A stretch of DNA of 64,000 bases from Candidatus Nitrospinota bacterium M3_3B_026 (GCA_051418015.1 JBPRGF010000018.1:32001-96000), one strand, 5' to 3'; shown: positions 30,196 to 43,186, counted from the first letter of the stretch. Notes: generated by a model not told the origin, from the letters alone. Made by a program: numbers and translations.

Positions 30196-30498
30196 ATGGG
30201 CGGACGGGAGAAGCTGGATATCAGGGCCGACGGGGATGGGGCGAGGTTTGCCGTCCACGCCGCGCCGCGGGCCTCCCGGCCGGGGCTGGCCGGCGTCCAC
30301 GGGGGCGCGCTGAAGGCGCGGCTGGCCGCGCCGCCGGTGGAGGGCGCCGCCAACGAGGAGCTTGTCGCGCTCCTGGCGAAGGCTCTGGGGACGCCGAAGC
30401 GTGGTATAACCATAGTCAGCGGCCACGCCTCGAAAAGAAAGACGGTGAAGGTGGACGGCATGGGGCCGGACGACGTTTTGAAAAAGCTTGGTGTATGA
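30196..30498 (+). CDS. DUF167/YggU family protein
   Basis: APPVEGAANEEL, SGHASKRK. Confidence 0.88.
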   Translation: MGGREKLDIRADGDGARFAVHAAPRASRPGLAGVHGGALKARLAAPPVEGAANEELVALLAKALGTPKRGITIVSGHASKRKTVKVDGMGPDDVLKKLGV

Positions 30499-30505
30499 TA
30501 AGCGC

Positions 30506-30892
30506 ATGAGAAAACTCCGGCTGGCGGCGGCGATTGCCTGCCTGCCCTTCGTATCCGGCTGTTTTTACCTCATGGCCGGCGGGGCCGGCGCGGCGGGGAC
30601 GTATGTCTGGATGAACGGCGCCCTCGCGCGCAACTACAAGCAGCCCATGGAGACGGCGTGGGAGGGGACGCTTCACGCCTTGCGCGTCCTGCGTATGCCC
30701 GCGGAGGAGAAACGCCACGACGCCTTCTACGGCGTCATCAAGGCCAGGATGGCCAAGGGCGACGATACCCTCAAGGTGACGCTGGAACGTTGGACGGAGA
30801 CGGAGACGAAGATCACCGTCCGGGCGGGGGTTCTGGGCGACCGGAAAATCTCCGAGGGGGTCCACGAGGAGATAGAAAGGGCGCTCAAGTGA
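30506..30892 (+). CDS. Lipoprotein, DUF3568-like
   Basis: Lipobox VSG-C, AGGAGAAGTY..G.L and C-terminal RAGVLGD. Confidence 0.7.
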   Translation: MRKLRLAAAIACLPFVSGCFYLMAGGAGAAGTYVWMNGALARNYKQPMETAWEGTLHALRVLRMPAEEKRHDAFYGVIKARMAKGDDTLKVTLERWTETETKITVRAGVLGDRKISEGVHEEIERALK

Positions 30893-30932
30893 GCCGCGGG
30901 GGCGCTTTACGGCTGGTTTTCGCAGTGGAAAA

Positions 30933-31850
30933 TTGTTAGGAATATCCACCTGCTGGCGATCCCGCTCCATAACGGACGGGGCCGCCCTGGCCCGCGAGAC
31001 GCTGGAGCTTGGCGCGAAGGCCGTGGAGCTGGATTTCAGGCTCGCTCCCGAAACGCTGGCCGGTCTCCTGAAAGAGCTGAAAAAGGCGGACGTCCCCCCT
31101 GTCTCGATACACGGCATATGCCCCGCGCCGCAATACAAAAAAAACCCGCAGGCGGCGGAGGCTTTCGACCTGAGCGCGGATGACGAGCAGGAACGGCGAA
31201 AAGCCGCCGGCGACGCCGCCGCCACGCTGCGCCTGGCCGGGGAGGTCGGCGCCCGGGCCGTCGTCCTGCACCTCGGCTCCGTCCCCATGGAGAGGGCCGA
31301 GCCAGAGCTGCGCCGCCTCTGCGACAGGGGGCTGATCCGCGCGCCGGAGGGGCAAAGGATAATAAACGAGCTCAGGATAAAAAGGTTGAGAAGCAGGGGG
31401 GCGACCTTCGACCGGCTGCTCAAAAGCCTGGAGGAGATAGCCGGGGAGGCTGAGAAACTGAAGGTCCTCGTGGGGCTTGAGAACCGCTATCACATGAGCG
31501 AGTATCCGGCCTACGAGGAGCTGGCGGTGATATTCCACCGCTTCTCCGGAAGCTTTTTGAGGTACTGGCACGACACGGGCCACGCCACGGCGCAGGAGAA
31601 CATGGGCGTGACGCCGGGGGACGCGTACCTGCGGGACTTCGGAGATGTCCTGGCGGGCGTCCACCTGCACGACGTGGACGGCTACACGGACCACCTCGCG
31701 CCGCCCGCCGGGGGCAGGGAGGGCGTCGACTTCGAATCGCTCCGAAAACATCTGAAGCCGGACACCATAAAGATACTCGAGCTCGGCCCCGGCGTTCCGG
31801 CCGAGGATGCCCGCCGCTCCCTGGAATGGCTCTCGGAGCGGGGTTTTTGA
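30933..31850 (+). CDS. Sugar phosphate isomerase/epimerase-like TIM-barrel protein
   Basis: GLENR, WHDTGH, HLHD...DH, ILE metal-binding pattern; TTG start. Confidence 0.8.
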   Translation: MLGISTCWRSRSITDGAALARETLELGAKAVELDFRLAPETLAGLLKELKKADVPPVSIHGICPAPQYKKNPQAAEAFDLSADDEQERRKAAGDAAATLRLAGEVGARAVVLHLGSVPMERAEPELRRLCDRGLIRAPEGQRIINELRIKRLRSRGATFDRLLKSLEEIAGEAEKLKVLVGLENRYHMSEYPAYEELAVIFHRFSGSFLRYWHDTGHATAQENMGVTPGDAYLRDFGDVLAGVHLHDVDGYTDHLAPPAGGREGVDFESLRKHLKPDTIKILELGPGVPAEDARRSLEWLSERGF

Positions 31851-31860
31851 GGGGAGTCCG

Positions 31861-33012
31861 ATGAAAACCGTCGGGTTTGACCTGCGGCCCCTGCAGGGCG
31901 GCTACAAGGCCAGCAAGACCCGCGGGATCGGGGTATATACGAGAAACCTTATAAAAAGAAGAAACCTCATCCCCGAGGGGCTCTCCCCGGCCGCGTTCCA
32001 CGACCCCCTGTATGAAAGCGAGGAGGCCGGAGAATACGGCTCCGCCCCTTACAGGCTGAACGCGGTGGAGATTTTCCTGAAACGCCGGATGGGCGAGACC
32101 GCGAGCCAGTACACGCTGATGCGGCGCGTGGTGGAAAGGACGGCGCGGGCGGCTGGCGCTGGGCTGATGTTCTTTCCCACCCACCTGGATGCCCCGCCGG
32201 GGCTTTCCATCCCCTACGCCGTCACGGCGCACGATATGATCCAGGCGGTCATGATGGAGCGGTTCTACGGCTCGCGCAGGAGCAGGGCCGTGTTGAGAAA
32301 GCAGATAGCGGCGCTCCAGGGAGCCAGGCTCGTGATCGCCGTCTCCGAACACACGAAAGGCGACGTCGTTCGCCTCGCCGGTGTTGAGCATGGCAGGATC
32401 GCCGTGATCCACAACGGCGTGGACGAGGTGTTCCGGCCCGGCGCGCCTCCGCCGGGGCGGTTTGTCCTCCCGGAGAGGTTCATCCTGAACGTGGGGGGGA
32501 TCGATCCCCGCAAGAACGTGGACCTGCTCCTCGGCGCCTTCACCGGTTTCGCGAAACAGAGGCCCGAGTACGGTCTGGTCATGACCGGCGCCATGGAGAA
32601 CGATCCCGAATATCCCCGTTTCCTGCGCCTTGTGAGGGAGCTGGAGCTGGAGGGAAAGGTTTTTACCCTGGGATACGTCACCCAGGGGGAGCTTGCCGGT
32701 CTTTACGGCCTGGCGGATGTTTTTCTCTACCCCAGCCTGTACGAGGGCTTCGGCCTGCCCGTGCTGGAGGCGATGGCCTGCGGCGCTCCCGTGGTGGCGG
32801 CGGACCGCTCGTCCGTCCCCGAGGTGGCGGGAGACGCGGCGATCCTGCTGGACCCGAACGAACCGGAGGCTTTCACGAAGGCTCTATTGACCCTGGCGGA
32901 CTCGGAGGATGGGCGTAAAAAACTCTCCAGAGCGGGCGTGGAGCGGGCCGCCGGTTTCTCGTGGGACACCTGCGCGGAGAGAACGTACGAGGCGCTCGCC
33001 TCGGCGTTGTAA
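31861..33012 (+). CDS. Glycosyltransferase family 4
   Basis: PRKN, YPSLYEGFGLPVLEAMACG, FSWD. Confidence 0.92.
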   Translation: MKTVGFDLRPLQGGYKASKTRGIGVYTRNLIKRRNLIPEGLSPAAFHDPLYESEEAGEYGSAPYRLNAVEIFLKRRMGETASQYTLMRRVVERTARAAGAGLMFFPTHLDAPPGLSIPYAVTAHDMIQAVMMERFYGSRRSRAVLRKQIAALQGARLVIAVSEHTKGDVVRLAGVEHGRIAVIHNGVDEVFRPGAPPPGRFVLPERFILNVGGIDPRKNVDLLLGAFTGFAKQRPEYGLVMTGAMENDPEYPRFLRLVRELELEGKVFTLGYVTQGELAGLYGLADVFLYPSLYEGFGLPVLEAMACGAPVVAADRSSVPEVAGDAAILLDPNEPEAFTKALLTLADSEDGRKKLSRAGVERAAGFSWDTCAERTYEALASAL

Positions 33013-33021
33013 CGCGGGGCT

Positions 33022-34620
33022 CTAGACGGCGAAATCGCCGCCGCTGTTTTTTTCGTTGAACCGCTCGTAGACCCTTTTTTCCTTCAGCAGGCCGAAAAGG
33101 TCCGCGTCCAGCCGGCCCCTGCCCACCTCGGACTGGACTATCTCGTAGGCTTTCTCAAGCGGCATCTGCTTTTTGTAAGGGCGATCCGAGGCGGTCAGCG
33201 CCTCGAAGAAATCGGCCAGCGCCAGGATGCGCGACTGTAATGGCAGCTGGTCCGCCTTCAGTCCGTTGGGGTATCCCGAGCCGTCCAGCGTCTCGTGGTG
33301 GCTGGCGGCGTATAGGGGGACGTTCCTGAGCTTTTTGATGAACGGTATCTTCTCCAGCATCCTGATGGTGATCCTGATGTGGTCCTTCATGATCTCCCGC
33401 TCGGCCTCGGTGATGGAGCCTTTGCGGACGCAAAGGTTCTCAAGCTCATCGTCCGACAGGCGGGGCAGCTCCCTGCCGTTAATGGGAAAGGTCCGGCCGG
33501 CGATGCCGCGGAGCCTGCGGATATAGTCGTCGCCCATGAACTCGCCCGGGTTGTTGCAGGCCAGGACGAAGTCCCGCTCGCTCTCTATTTCCCTGATTTT
33601 TTCGCCGTGGCGCCGCTCCGCCTCCCTGACCTCATCCTCGGCGGCGCCCTTTTCCAGGAGCCTGATCTTCTCCTCCAGGAGGGCGTTTTTCGCCTGGGTG
33701 ATGATGAGCTCGTACCTGGTCTTTATAAGCTCCGAGCGGTCGAAGATCGTCTCCAGCTTCACCGCCTTGTCCATCACGTGCTGTGGAGTGATTATCTTGC
33801 CTATGTCGTGCATCCAGCCCGCTATGCGCAGCTCGTTTAGCTCCTCGCTGGTGAAATGGACATTGGCGAAGGGGCCGGTTTTCGTCTCGTTGATGGCCCG
33901 GGCAAGCCCCAGGGCAAGGCCGGCGACACGCCGGACGTGGCCGTGGGTGTATTTCGACCGCGCGTCGAGGGCCGTCACCATCACCTGCAGGAACGACTCG
34001 AAGAGCCGCTCCGTCTCCTTGATCAGCCGGACATTGGTTATGGCGACGGCGGCCTGGCTGGCCAGGGACTCCGCCAGGACGACGTACCGGTTGTCGAAGG
34101 GGATGACCCTGCCCGTGTCGGGGTCCGTGGCGTTCAGCAGCTGGAGGACGCCTATCACCTCGTCCTCGTGATTGGTCATCGGCGTCACCAGCATCGACTT
34201 GCTGCGGTACCCGGTCATCTTGTCGTATTTCTTGGGGCCGGTGAAGTCGAACCCTGTGGCCTTGTAGACGTCGGGGATGTTCACCGTCTTTTTTTCCAGG
34301 GCCACGTAGGCGGAGACGAAGGAAGGGTCCAGCGGGACCGGCTCGAAGGGCGCCGGGTCGCCGGAGACGCCCCCGAGGCTGATCCCGAGCGACAGGCTCT
34401 TGCTTATGCAAAAGGAGAGTCCGTCCCCCTCCTTGAGGTACAGGGTGCCCCCGTCGGCGTGGGTGAAGCCGCAGGCCTCCGTCACGATCTTCTCCAGGAG
34501 GGCGTCGATGTTGTGCTCGGCGGACAGGGATATGCCTATCTCCGCAAGGCGCTGGATGAGGCTGAGATAGACGTTTTCCTGGGGCGTTACTTTCCTTCCG
34601 GTCTTCGGGACAGGCGCCAT
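33022..34620 (-). CDS. GAF plus HD-GYP cyclic-dinucleotide phosphodiesterase
   Basis: GAF (DKMTGYRSKSMLVTPM), HVRRV, HDIGK, insertion, HHETLDGSGYP. Confidence 0.88.
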   Translation of the reverse strand: MAPVPKTGRKVTPQENVYLSLIQRLAEIGISLSAEHNIDALLEKIVTEACGFTHADGGTLYLKEGDGLSFCISKSLSLGISLGGVSGDPAPFEPVPLDPSFVSAYVALEKKTVNIPDVYKATGFDFTGPKKYDKMTGYRSKSMLVTPMTNHEDEVIGVLQLLNATDPDTGRVIPFDNRYVVLAESLASQAAVAITNVRLIKETERLFESFLQVMVTALDARSKYTHGHVRRVAGLALGLARAINETKTGPFANVHFTSEELNELRIAGWMHDIGKIITPQHVMDKAVKLETIFDRSELIKTRYELIITQAKNALLEEKIRLLEKGAAEDEVREAERRHGEKIREIESERDFVLACNNPGEFMGDDYIRRLRGIAGRTFPINGRELPRLSDDELENLCVRKGSITEAEREIMKDHIRITIRMLEKIPFIKKLRNVPLYAASHHETLDGSGYPNGLKADQLPLQSRILALADFFEALTASDRPYKKQMPLEKAYEIVQSEVGRGRLDADLFGLLKEKRVYERFNEKNSGGDFAV

Positions 34621-34657
34621 GGTTTTTTCCCGTTGTCTTAAAGAAAGTTTCCCGGTC

Positions 34658-36109
34658 TCAGATCCACTTTTCCAGGATGCGGTCCAGCTCTCCCTGATCG
34701 TAAAGCTCGAACATGGCATCCACCACGGAAGGGTCGAAGTGGGACCCGGAGCATCGTTTCATCTCCGCCATGGCCTTGTCGATGGGCCACTCGTCCTTGT
34801 ACGACCGTTTGCTGATGAGCGCGTCGAACACGTCCGCCACGGCCGTTATGCGGGCGCAAAGCGGGATGTCCTCCCCGGCCAGCCCGTCCGGGTATCCCGA
34901 GCCGTCCCATTTTTCGTGATGGCCGCGGGCGATCCTCCGGGCCATGGCGAAGAAAGGCTTGGAGGGGAGGATTTTTTCTCCGTTCACCGTGTGAGCCTTC
35001 ATCGTCTCGAATTCCCCGGGGGTGAACTTGCCGGGTTTTTTGAGAATCTCGTCCGGGACGGCGATCTTCCCCACGTCATGCATGATGGAGGAGTAACCGA
35101 TCTCCTCGGCCTCCGTGTCCGATATCCCCAGCTTGAGAGCCAGCGCCTGGCAATACCGCTGGATGCGGTGGACGTGGTTGCCCGTCGCGTCGTCCTTGGC
35201 CTCCGCCGCCAGCGCCAGGGAGTATATGGCGTCCAGGTTCGCCTCCCGCAGCTGCGTCGTCCTCTCCCTGACTCTTTTTTCCAGGGTCTCGTTGAACTGG
35301 GCCAGCTTCTGGTTCACCCTGCCGAGCTCCTCGTAGAGCGATTTCACCCTCAGGTGACTCTGTATCCTGGCGATGAACTCCTCGCTGGAGAAGGGTTTGA
35401 CGATATAGTCGTCCGCGCCCATGTTGAGCAGCAGCTTGATGTTCTCCTTTTCCGAGATGGTGGTGGAGATTATGATGGGAATGAACTGGAACCTGTCTTC
35501 CTTCCTGATCTTCTCCACCAGGCGGCGGCCGTCCATGTTGGGCATGTTGATGTCGGTCACCACCATGTCTATATCGGCCGCGCCCTTTTGCAAAGCCTCC
35601 CAGCCCTCCACGCCGTCGGATGCCTCCAGCACGTCGTGGCCTTTTCTTTCGAGCAGGTACTTGGTTATGGCCCTGATGGTCTCCGAGTCCTCCACCAGCA
35701 GTATCCTCCGCCGCCGGGTCCTGGCGGCGGAGGAGGCCAGGCGTTTGTTGACGAACATCCCGAGCTTGCCGCAGGGGAAGGGCTTGCGGAAAACAGCCAC
35801 GGCCCCGGCGTTCAGGGCTTTCTCCATCCCCTTCTGGCTGCCAGCGCCGGTTATCACTATCAGGGGGATCCGGCTTGTCTTCTCGGATGATTTCAGCCTG
35901 GAGATGAGCTCCAGACCGCCAACGCCGTCTATGGCCAGGTCGAGGGTTATCATGTCCGGTATGTGGGAATGGGCGAGGTCCATTCCGTGCTCGGCGCTGT
36001 TGGCCATGATGACGTTCATGCCAGCCGAGGCCAGCTCCTCTTCGAGGATCCGCCTGGATATCTGGTTGTCGTCGATGACAAGGACGCTCTTCGTGGAGTC
36101 CAAGGTCAT
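34658..36109 (-). CDS. REC-REC-HD-GYP response regulator phosphodiesterase
   Basis: Two receiver domains with Asp acceptors, HDVGK, HHEKWDGSGYP; start uncertain (36109 or 36130). Confidence 0.88.
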   Translation of the reverse strand: MTLDSTKSVLVIDDNQISRRILEEELASAGMNVIMANSAEHGMDLAHSHIPDMITLDLAIDGVGGLELISRLKSSEKTSRIPLIVITGAGSQKGMEKALNAGAVAVFRKPFPCGKLGMFVNKRLASSAARTRRRRILLVEDSETIRAITKYLLERKGHDVLEASDGVEGWEALQKGAADIDMVVTDINMPNMDGRRLVEKIRKEDRFQFIPIIISTTISEKENIKLLLNMGADDYIVKPFSSEEFIARIQSHLRVKSLYEELGRVNQKLAQFNETLEKRVRERTTQLREANLDAIYSLALAAEAKDDATGNHVHRIQRYCQALALKLGISDTEAEEIGYSSIMHDVGKIAVPDEILKKPGKFTPGEFETMKAHTVNGEKILPSKPFFAMARRIARGHHEKWDGSGYPDGLAGEDIPLCARITAVADVFDALISKRSYKDEWPIDKAMAEMKRCSGSHFDPSVVDAMFELYDQGELDRILEKWI

Positions 36110-36328
36110 AAAATCCGCCACTTCATCCATCCCCGGAAAAGCGATGCGCCCCCCTGGAGCGCCGGTCACGAGTGTTTATTTTAACATATTATATGACGAG
36201 GCCACCGATAAGCCTTTTTTCCCCGTCATCGCGGAAAGCGGGCGCTCCGCATGGTGATATCTTTCCGTCGCGTCAGCCATGGGCCGCTCCGGGAATTTTT
36301 CGGAGCTTACATGCTATCATTCCTTTCC

Positions 36329-37498
36329 ATGAGCGTCCTGGATCGTTATATATTGAGGGAGCTTGTCAAGGTCTTCCTCCTGGCGGTCTTTGTCCTGCTG
36401 TCGGTGCTGCTGCTGGAGAAGCTGCGCTTCCTGTCCGATCTGCTCCTGACAAAACACGCCTCCTTCGCGGCGATCGGCAGGCTGCTTTTGTACCTGACGC
36501 CCGCGTTCATGGTCCTGGCGGCGCCGCTGGGGGTGCTCCTCTCCACGCTGATGGTCTTTTCCCGCCTCTCCGCGGAGAACGAGATAACGGCGATGCGGGC
36601 GAGCGGGATATCCCTCTACAGGCTGCTGGCGCCCGTGGCGGCGCTCTCCATCGCCACGCTGGGGCTCACGCTCTACCTTTCCGTGAGCGTGGAGCACAAC
36701 GCGAACCTCAAGTTCCGCGAGCTGGTCGTGAAAACCCTCAAATCCAGCATAGACACGAAGATAAGGGAGAGACGCTTCAACTCCGGGTTCGAGGGGCTGC
36801 TCATATACGTCAATGAAAACGACGGCGGAACGTTGAGAGGGGTCTTTATATCCGACCAGAGAAACCCCGAAAGCCCCAGGATCATAGAGTCCCGGCTCGG
36901 CCGCATCCACTCCGACCCCGCCAGCGAAACGGCCACCATAGAGCTCGCCGACGGGATAATCCACAGAAGCGGAAAGGAGGGCCTGTACCGCACCATAGCC
37001 TTCGATTCCTACGCCCTCAGGATGGACATTTCCGGCGGGCTTGGCGAATCGTTCGAGAAGGAGACGCCGCACATGTCCATCCCGGAGCTGGAGGAGCGGA
37101 TAGAAAAGCTGCGCGCGCAAGGCGAAAAAGCCGCCGCTGAAAAGACCGCCATACACAAAAAATTCGCCGCGCCCGTCGGCTGCCTGGCTTTAGGGCTTCT
37201 GGGCGCGCCCCTGGGGATAATGACGCACAGGCGCGGCGCGGCGGGCGGCTTCGGGCTCGGTGTAGTGATGATAGTCCTCAACTACATTCTCTGGATGACG
37301 GGTCAGAGCCTTGGCGCGGAGGGGAAGGCCCCCGCGGCCCTCGCCATCTGGGCGCCGAACGTGATAATGGGCGCCATAGGGGTCTATCTCGTCCTGCGTG
37401 TCTCCAGGGACACCATGCCGACCCGGCTCGGGCTATGGCTTGCGGAGACGAGAAAAAGCCTCGGCCGCCGCCGTCGCCCGGGCGGAACGGAGGGCTGA
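36329..37498 (+). CDS. lptF: LPS export ABC permease, LptF/LptG family
   Basis: LDRYILRE, RLSAENEITAMRASGIS, WAPN; the LptF versus LptG assignment is tentative. Confidence 0.8.
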   Translation: MSVLDRYILRELVKVFLLAVFVLLSVLLLEKLRFLSDLLLTKHASFAAIGRLLLYLTPAFMVLAAPLGVLLSTLMVFSRLSAENEITAMRASGISLYRLLAPVAALSIATLGLTLYLSVSVEHNANLKFRELVVKTLKSSIDTKIRERRFNSGFEGLLIYVNENDGGTLRGVFISDQRNPESPRIIESRLGRIHSDPASETATIELADGIIHRSGKEGLYRTIAFDSYALRMDISGGLGESFEKETPHMSIPELEERIEKLRAQGEKAAAEKTAIHKKFAAPVGCLALGLLGAPLGIMTHRRGAAGGFGLGVVMIVLNYILWMTGQSLGAEGKAPAALAIWAPNVIMGAIGVYLVLRVSRDTMPTRLGLWLAETRKSLGRRRRPGGTEG

Positions 37499-37506
37499 GG
37501 CTTTCC

Positions 37507-38097
37507 ATGGGCGCGCTGATCAGGCTGGACGAGGCGCTGTTTTTCTGGATAAACAACGGCTGGGCCTGCCCCGCCCTCGACGCGCTGATGTCGCTCGCCT
37601 CCGTGGCGGGCGACGCGGGAGTGTTGGTCCTCTTCGGCCTCACGGCCATACTGTTCTGGGACAAGGCCGGCCGAAGGAGGATGGTTCCCCTTTTTCTGGC
37701 GGCGATGGCCGCGGGAGGGGTCTCTCTCGTAGCGCTGAAGGCGGTCGTGGACAGGGACAGGCCGATGGAGCGGTTCAAGGAGGAAATAAGGATGGGAACG
37801 GCCGAGGTCCGCGCCCCACTGCGCCCCCTCTTCGCCCGATCGTTTCCCTCCGGCCATTCCCAGGCCGCGTTCACGGCGGCGGCCTTCTTCGCCCTCTATT
37901 ACAGGCGGCGCAGGGCGGCCCTTTACGCCGCGGCGGCCATGGTGGCTCTCTCCAGGGTCTACCTGGGGGCTCATTTCCCCCTGGACATACTGGCCGGGTC
38001 GGCCCTGGGGTGGCTCATCGCCTGGCTGGTCTGGAGGATCGGCAAGATGGCGCGGGGTGGAAAAAGCCCTTCGCCCCAGGCCGCGGACGCGGTCTGA
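37507..38097 (+). CDS. PAP2 family phosphatase
   Basis: K......RP, SFPSGH, SRVYLGAHFPLD. Confidence 0.9.
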   Translation: MGALIRLDEALFFWINNGWACPALDALMSLASVAGDAGVLVLFGLTAILFWDKAGRRRMVPLFLAAMAAGGVSLVALKAVVDRDRPMERFKEEIRMGTAEVRAPLRPLFARSFPSGHSQAAFTAAAFFALYYRRRRAALYAAAAMVALSRVYLGAHFPLDILAGSALGWLIAWLVWRIGKMARGGKSPSPQAADAV

Positions 38098-38239
38098 TGC
38101 TGAGGGCGCCCGCGCTCTTGACTCGAGGGGGTTTTGAGTTTAATCTCGTCCGGTTTAGAATAACGCGACGCAGAAAAGAGCACATCCGCGGGAAACGAGA
38201 AATGGAACTGTCAACGTATAAAACAGACGGAGGCGTTTG

Positions 38240-40942
<2,703 letters not shown>

Positions 40943-40950
40943 CGCCGGGC

Positions 40951-42021
40951 TCACCCCGCAAGCCCGCTTCTGACCAGCCAGCGGGCCAGCGCGGCGGTGT
41001 ACACGGGATCGGGGTTCACCCGGTTCTCCTCGAACGCCGTCCAGGCGTACTTTACGACGTGATCGGTGTTCACGGTAGCGGCGAGCTTCAGCATCGTTTC
41101 CCAGCCGCCCTCGATCAGCCGCCGCTCCGCCTCGCCGGGCGAAGGGTTGAAATTTTTGTCCCAAGGCGCGTCGCTGTCGGCTGAGTAAAGAGCCGCCACG
41201 GCCTGCCACAGGTACGAGACCGCCTCCGGCAAAACGCTTTCGGGAAGGATTTTCGACAACATCCGCGCCGCGTGCGTCGCGGTGAGGCAATGGATGAAGG
41301 TTATGGCGGGCCGGCCGTCGTTTTGCAGGTACAAGGACGCGGCGGCCCTGGAGATTCCGTTCAACGTTGGGACAGGGTCTTCCACGTCCAGCCAGCTTTT
41401 CACGGCCCAAAAGGGCTCGAACCCATCCAGGGGAGCGACCCTGGTGAAAATGAGCCCCTTGACGCGCTTCGAATCCGGCAGCCGCTCTACCTTTTCCAGC
41501 AGTTGCCCGGCCTCCGCGCCCTTTGCGGCCTCGCCCGGCCCGTCCGGCAGCCGCTGGAACCTGGCCGCCCAGTAGCCCAGGGCGATGGCGAGTTCGGCGC
41601 GCCTGGCCTGCGTCTCCGCCTCCAGCAGGCCGTCCACGGCGTAAGCCGTCCGGATAAGCCCGTGGGTGGCCCCGGCCATGACGCCGGGGAAAAGACGCGG
41701 CGCCCATTCGGCCACCACCTCCCGCCAGTCGCCGGATTTCGTCAGGGGGAGAAAAAAATCGCGCCAGCCTGAGAGCCGCGAGTGATCGCCGAGCGCGCTT
41801 TCAGGGTCGCCGGGGTTCACGGGCCCGCCGTTTTCCGGCCAGGGCTCAAGCTTTTCGGCGGCGGCGGCCACGAGGGCTTCAAGCCTTTTTTCGTCTGTCT
41901 TTGGCGCGATCCTTTTCAGGGCGCGCATGGTCATGGCGGCGTGATTCGAAAATCCGCCGCCGAACTCGGGCGAAAAGTCCGACAGCCTCCGCAGCAGACG
42001 ATCGATTGTATCCCTTGACAT
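40951..42021 (-). CDS. Questin oxidase/DUF4243-like protein
   Basis: NH..M, HGLIRTAYA, IHCLTATHA and DHVVK His motifs. Confidence 0.65.
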   Translation of the reverse strand: MSRDTIDRLLRRLSDFSPEFGGGFSNHAAMTMRALKRIAPKTDEKRLEALVAAAAEKLEPWPENGGPVNPGDPESALGDHSRLSGWRDFFLPLTKSGDWREVVAEWAPRLFPGVMAGATHGLIRTAYAVDGLLEAETQARRAELAIALGYWAARFQRLPDGPGEAAKGAEAGQLLEKVERLPDSKRVKGLIFTRVAPLDGFEPFWAVKSWLDVEDPVPTLNGISRAAASLYLQNDGRPAITFIHCLTATHAARMLSKILPESVLPEAVSYLWQAVAALYSADSDAPWDKNFNPSPGEAERRLIEGGWETMLKLAATVNTDHVVKYAWTAFEENRVNPDPVYTAALARWLVRSGLAG

Positions 42022-42067
42022 TGACGGCTAATATAACATAAGCCTTTATGTTTCATGTTCAACTCGG

Positions 42068-43186
42068 GTGGAGACAGTGGGGAGAATATCGAGCGACTCG
42101 GACTTCATGCTCCGCGCCGTGGAGCTTGCCCGCAAGGGCAAGGGGCGGACATCGCCGAACCCGGCCGTGGGCGCGGTGATAGTCAAGGATGGCAAGGTTG
42201 TCGGCGAGGGGTGGCACAAGAAGGCCGGAAAACCCCACGCCGAGATCGAGGCCCTTCGCTCCGCGCGCGGACAAGCCGCCGGAGCGGCGCTTTACGTCAC
42301 CCTGGAGCCGTGCAACCATCATGGGCTCACGCCGCCCTGTACAGACGCGATAATAGCGGCCGGGATAACGAGGGTCGTGATCGGCGCCAGGGACACGTCT
42401 CCCAAAGAGGGCGAGAGGGGCGCGGCCAGGCTCCGGAAGGCGGGTGTCGCCGTCCGGGCAGGCGTGCTGAAAAAAGACTGCGGCAGGCTTGTCGAGGATT
42501 TCTTGAAACACTCCCGGACGGGGCTGCCCTTTGTGACACTGAAGACCGCCATGACCCTCGACGGCAAGATCGCCACCGCCTCCGGTGACTCGAAATGGAT
42601 AAGCTCCGAGGAATCCCGCCGATACGTTCACAGGCTGAGAGACGAGACCGGCGCCGTCATGGCCGGCGCGGACACGGTTATAGCCGACAACCCCGAGCTC
42701 ACCGTCCGCCACGGGCGCGGCGGCAGGGATCCTTTGCGTGTGATAGTGGACAGCAGGCTGAGGACCCCACGGGACGCGAAGGTCGTCAAGAGGGCGAAGA
42801 GGATCCCCACCATCATCGCCACCAGCAGCGCGGCGCCCCTGAAAAAAGTCAGGGAGCTTGAGAGGGCGGGGGTGGAGGTTCTTGTCCTTCCGTCCAGGAG
42901 CGGCCGGGTGAGGCTTTCCTGCCTGATGGAGGAGCTCGGCCGGCGCGGCGTCATGGGCGTTTTGCTGGAGGGCGCGGGGGAGCTTGCGGGGGCGGCCGTG
43001 GGCGCTGGAGTCGTGGACAGGGTTCTTTTTTTCATAGCGCCGAAAATCGCCGGGGGGACGCGCTGCCCCGTCACGGGGTTCTCCGTGGAGAAGATGTCCG
43101 GCGCTCTCGAGCTTTCCGGCGTGGAGGTGGAGCGGATCGGCCCGGACGTGGCGATAGGCGGCCTGCTGGGCGATAAGGCTGTATAA
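42068..43186 (+). CDS. ribD: Riboflavin biosynthesis deaminase/reductase
   Basis: PNPAVG, HAE, TLEPC...PPC, DGKIAT, LLEG. Confidence 0.95.
   Translation: METVGRISSDSDFMLRAVELARKGKGRTSPNPAVGAVIVKDGKVVGEGWHKKAGKPHAEIEALRSARGQAAGAALYVTLEPCNHHGLTPPCTDAIIAAGITRVVIGARDTSPKEGERGAARLRKAGVAVRAGVLKKDCGRLVEDFLKHSRTGLPFVTLKTAMTLDGKIATASGDSKWISSEESRRYVHRLRDETGAVMAGADTVIADNPELTVRHGRGGRDPLRVIVDSRLRTPRDAKVVKRAKRIPTIIATSSAAPLKKVRELERAGVEVLVLPSRSGRVRLSCLMEELGRRGVMGVLLEGAGELAGAAVGAGVVDRVLFFIAPKIAGGTRCPVTGFSVEKMSGALELSGVEVERIGPDVAIGGLLGDKAV

Noticed and set aside
42021..42068. FMN riboswitch upstream of ribD
   Set aside because: The intergenic gap is only 46 bp.
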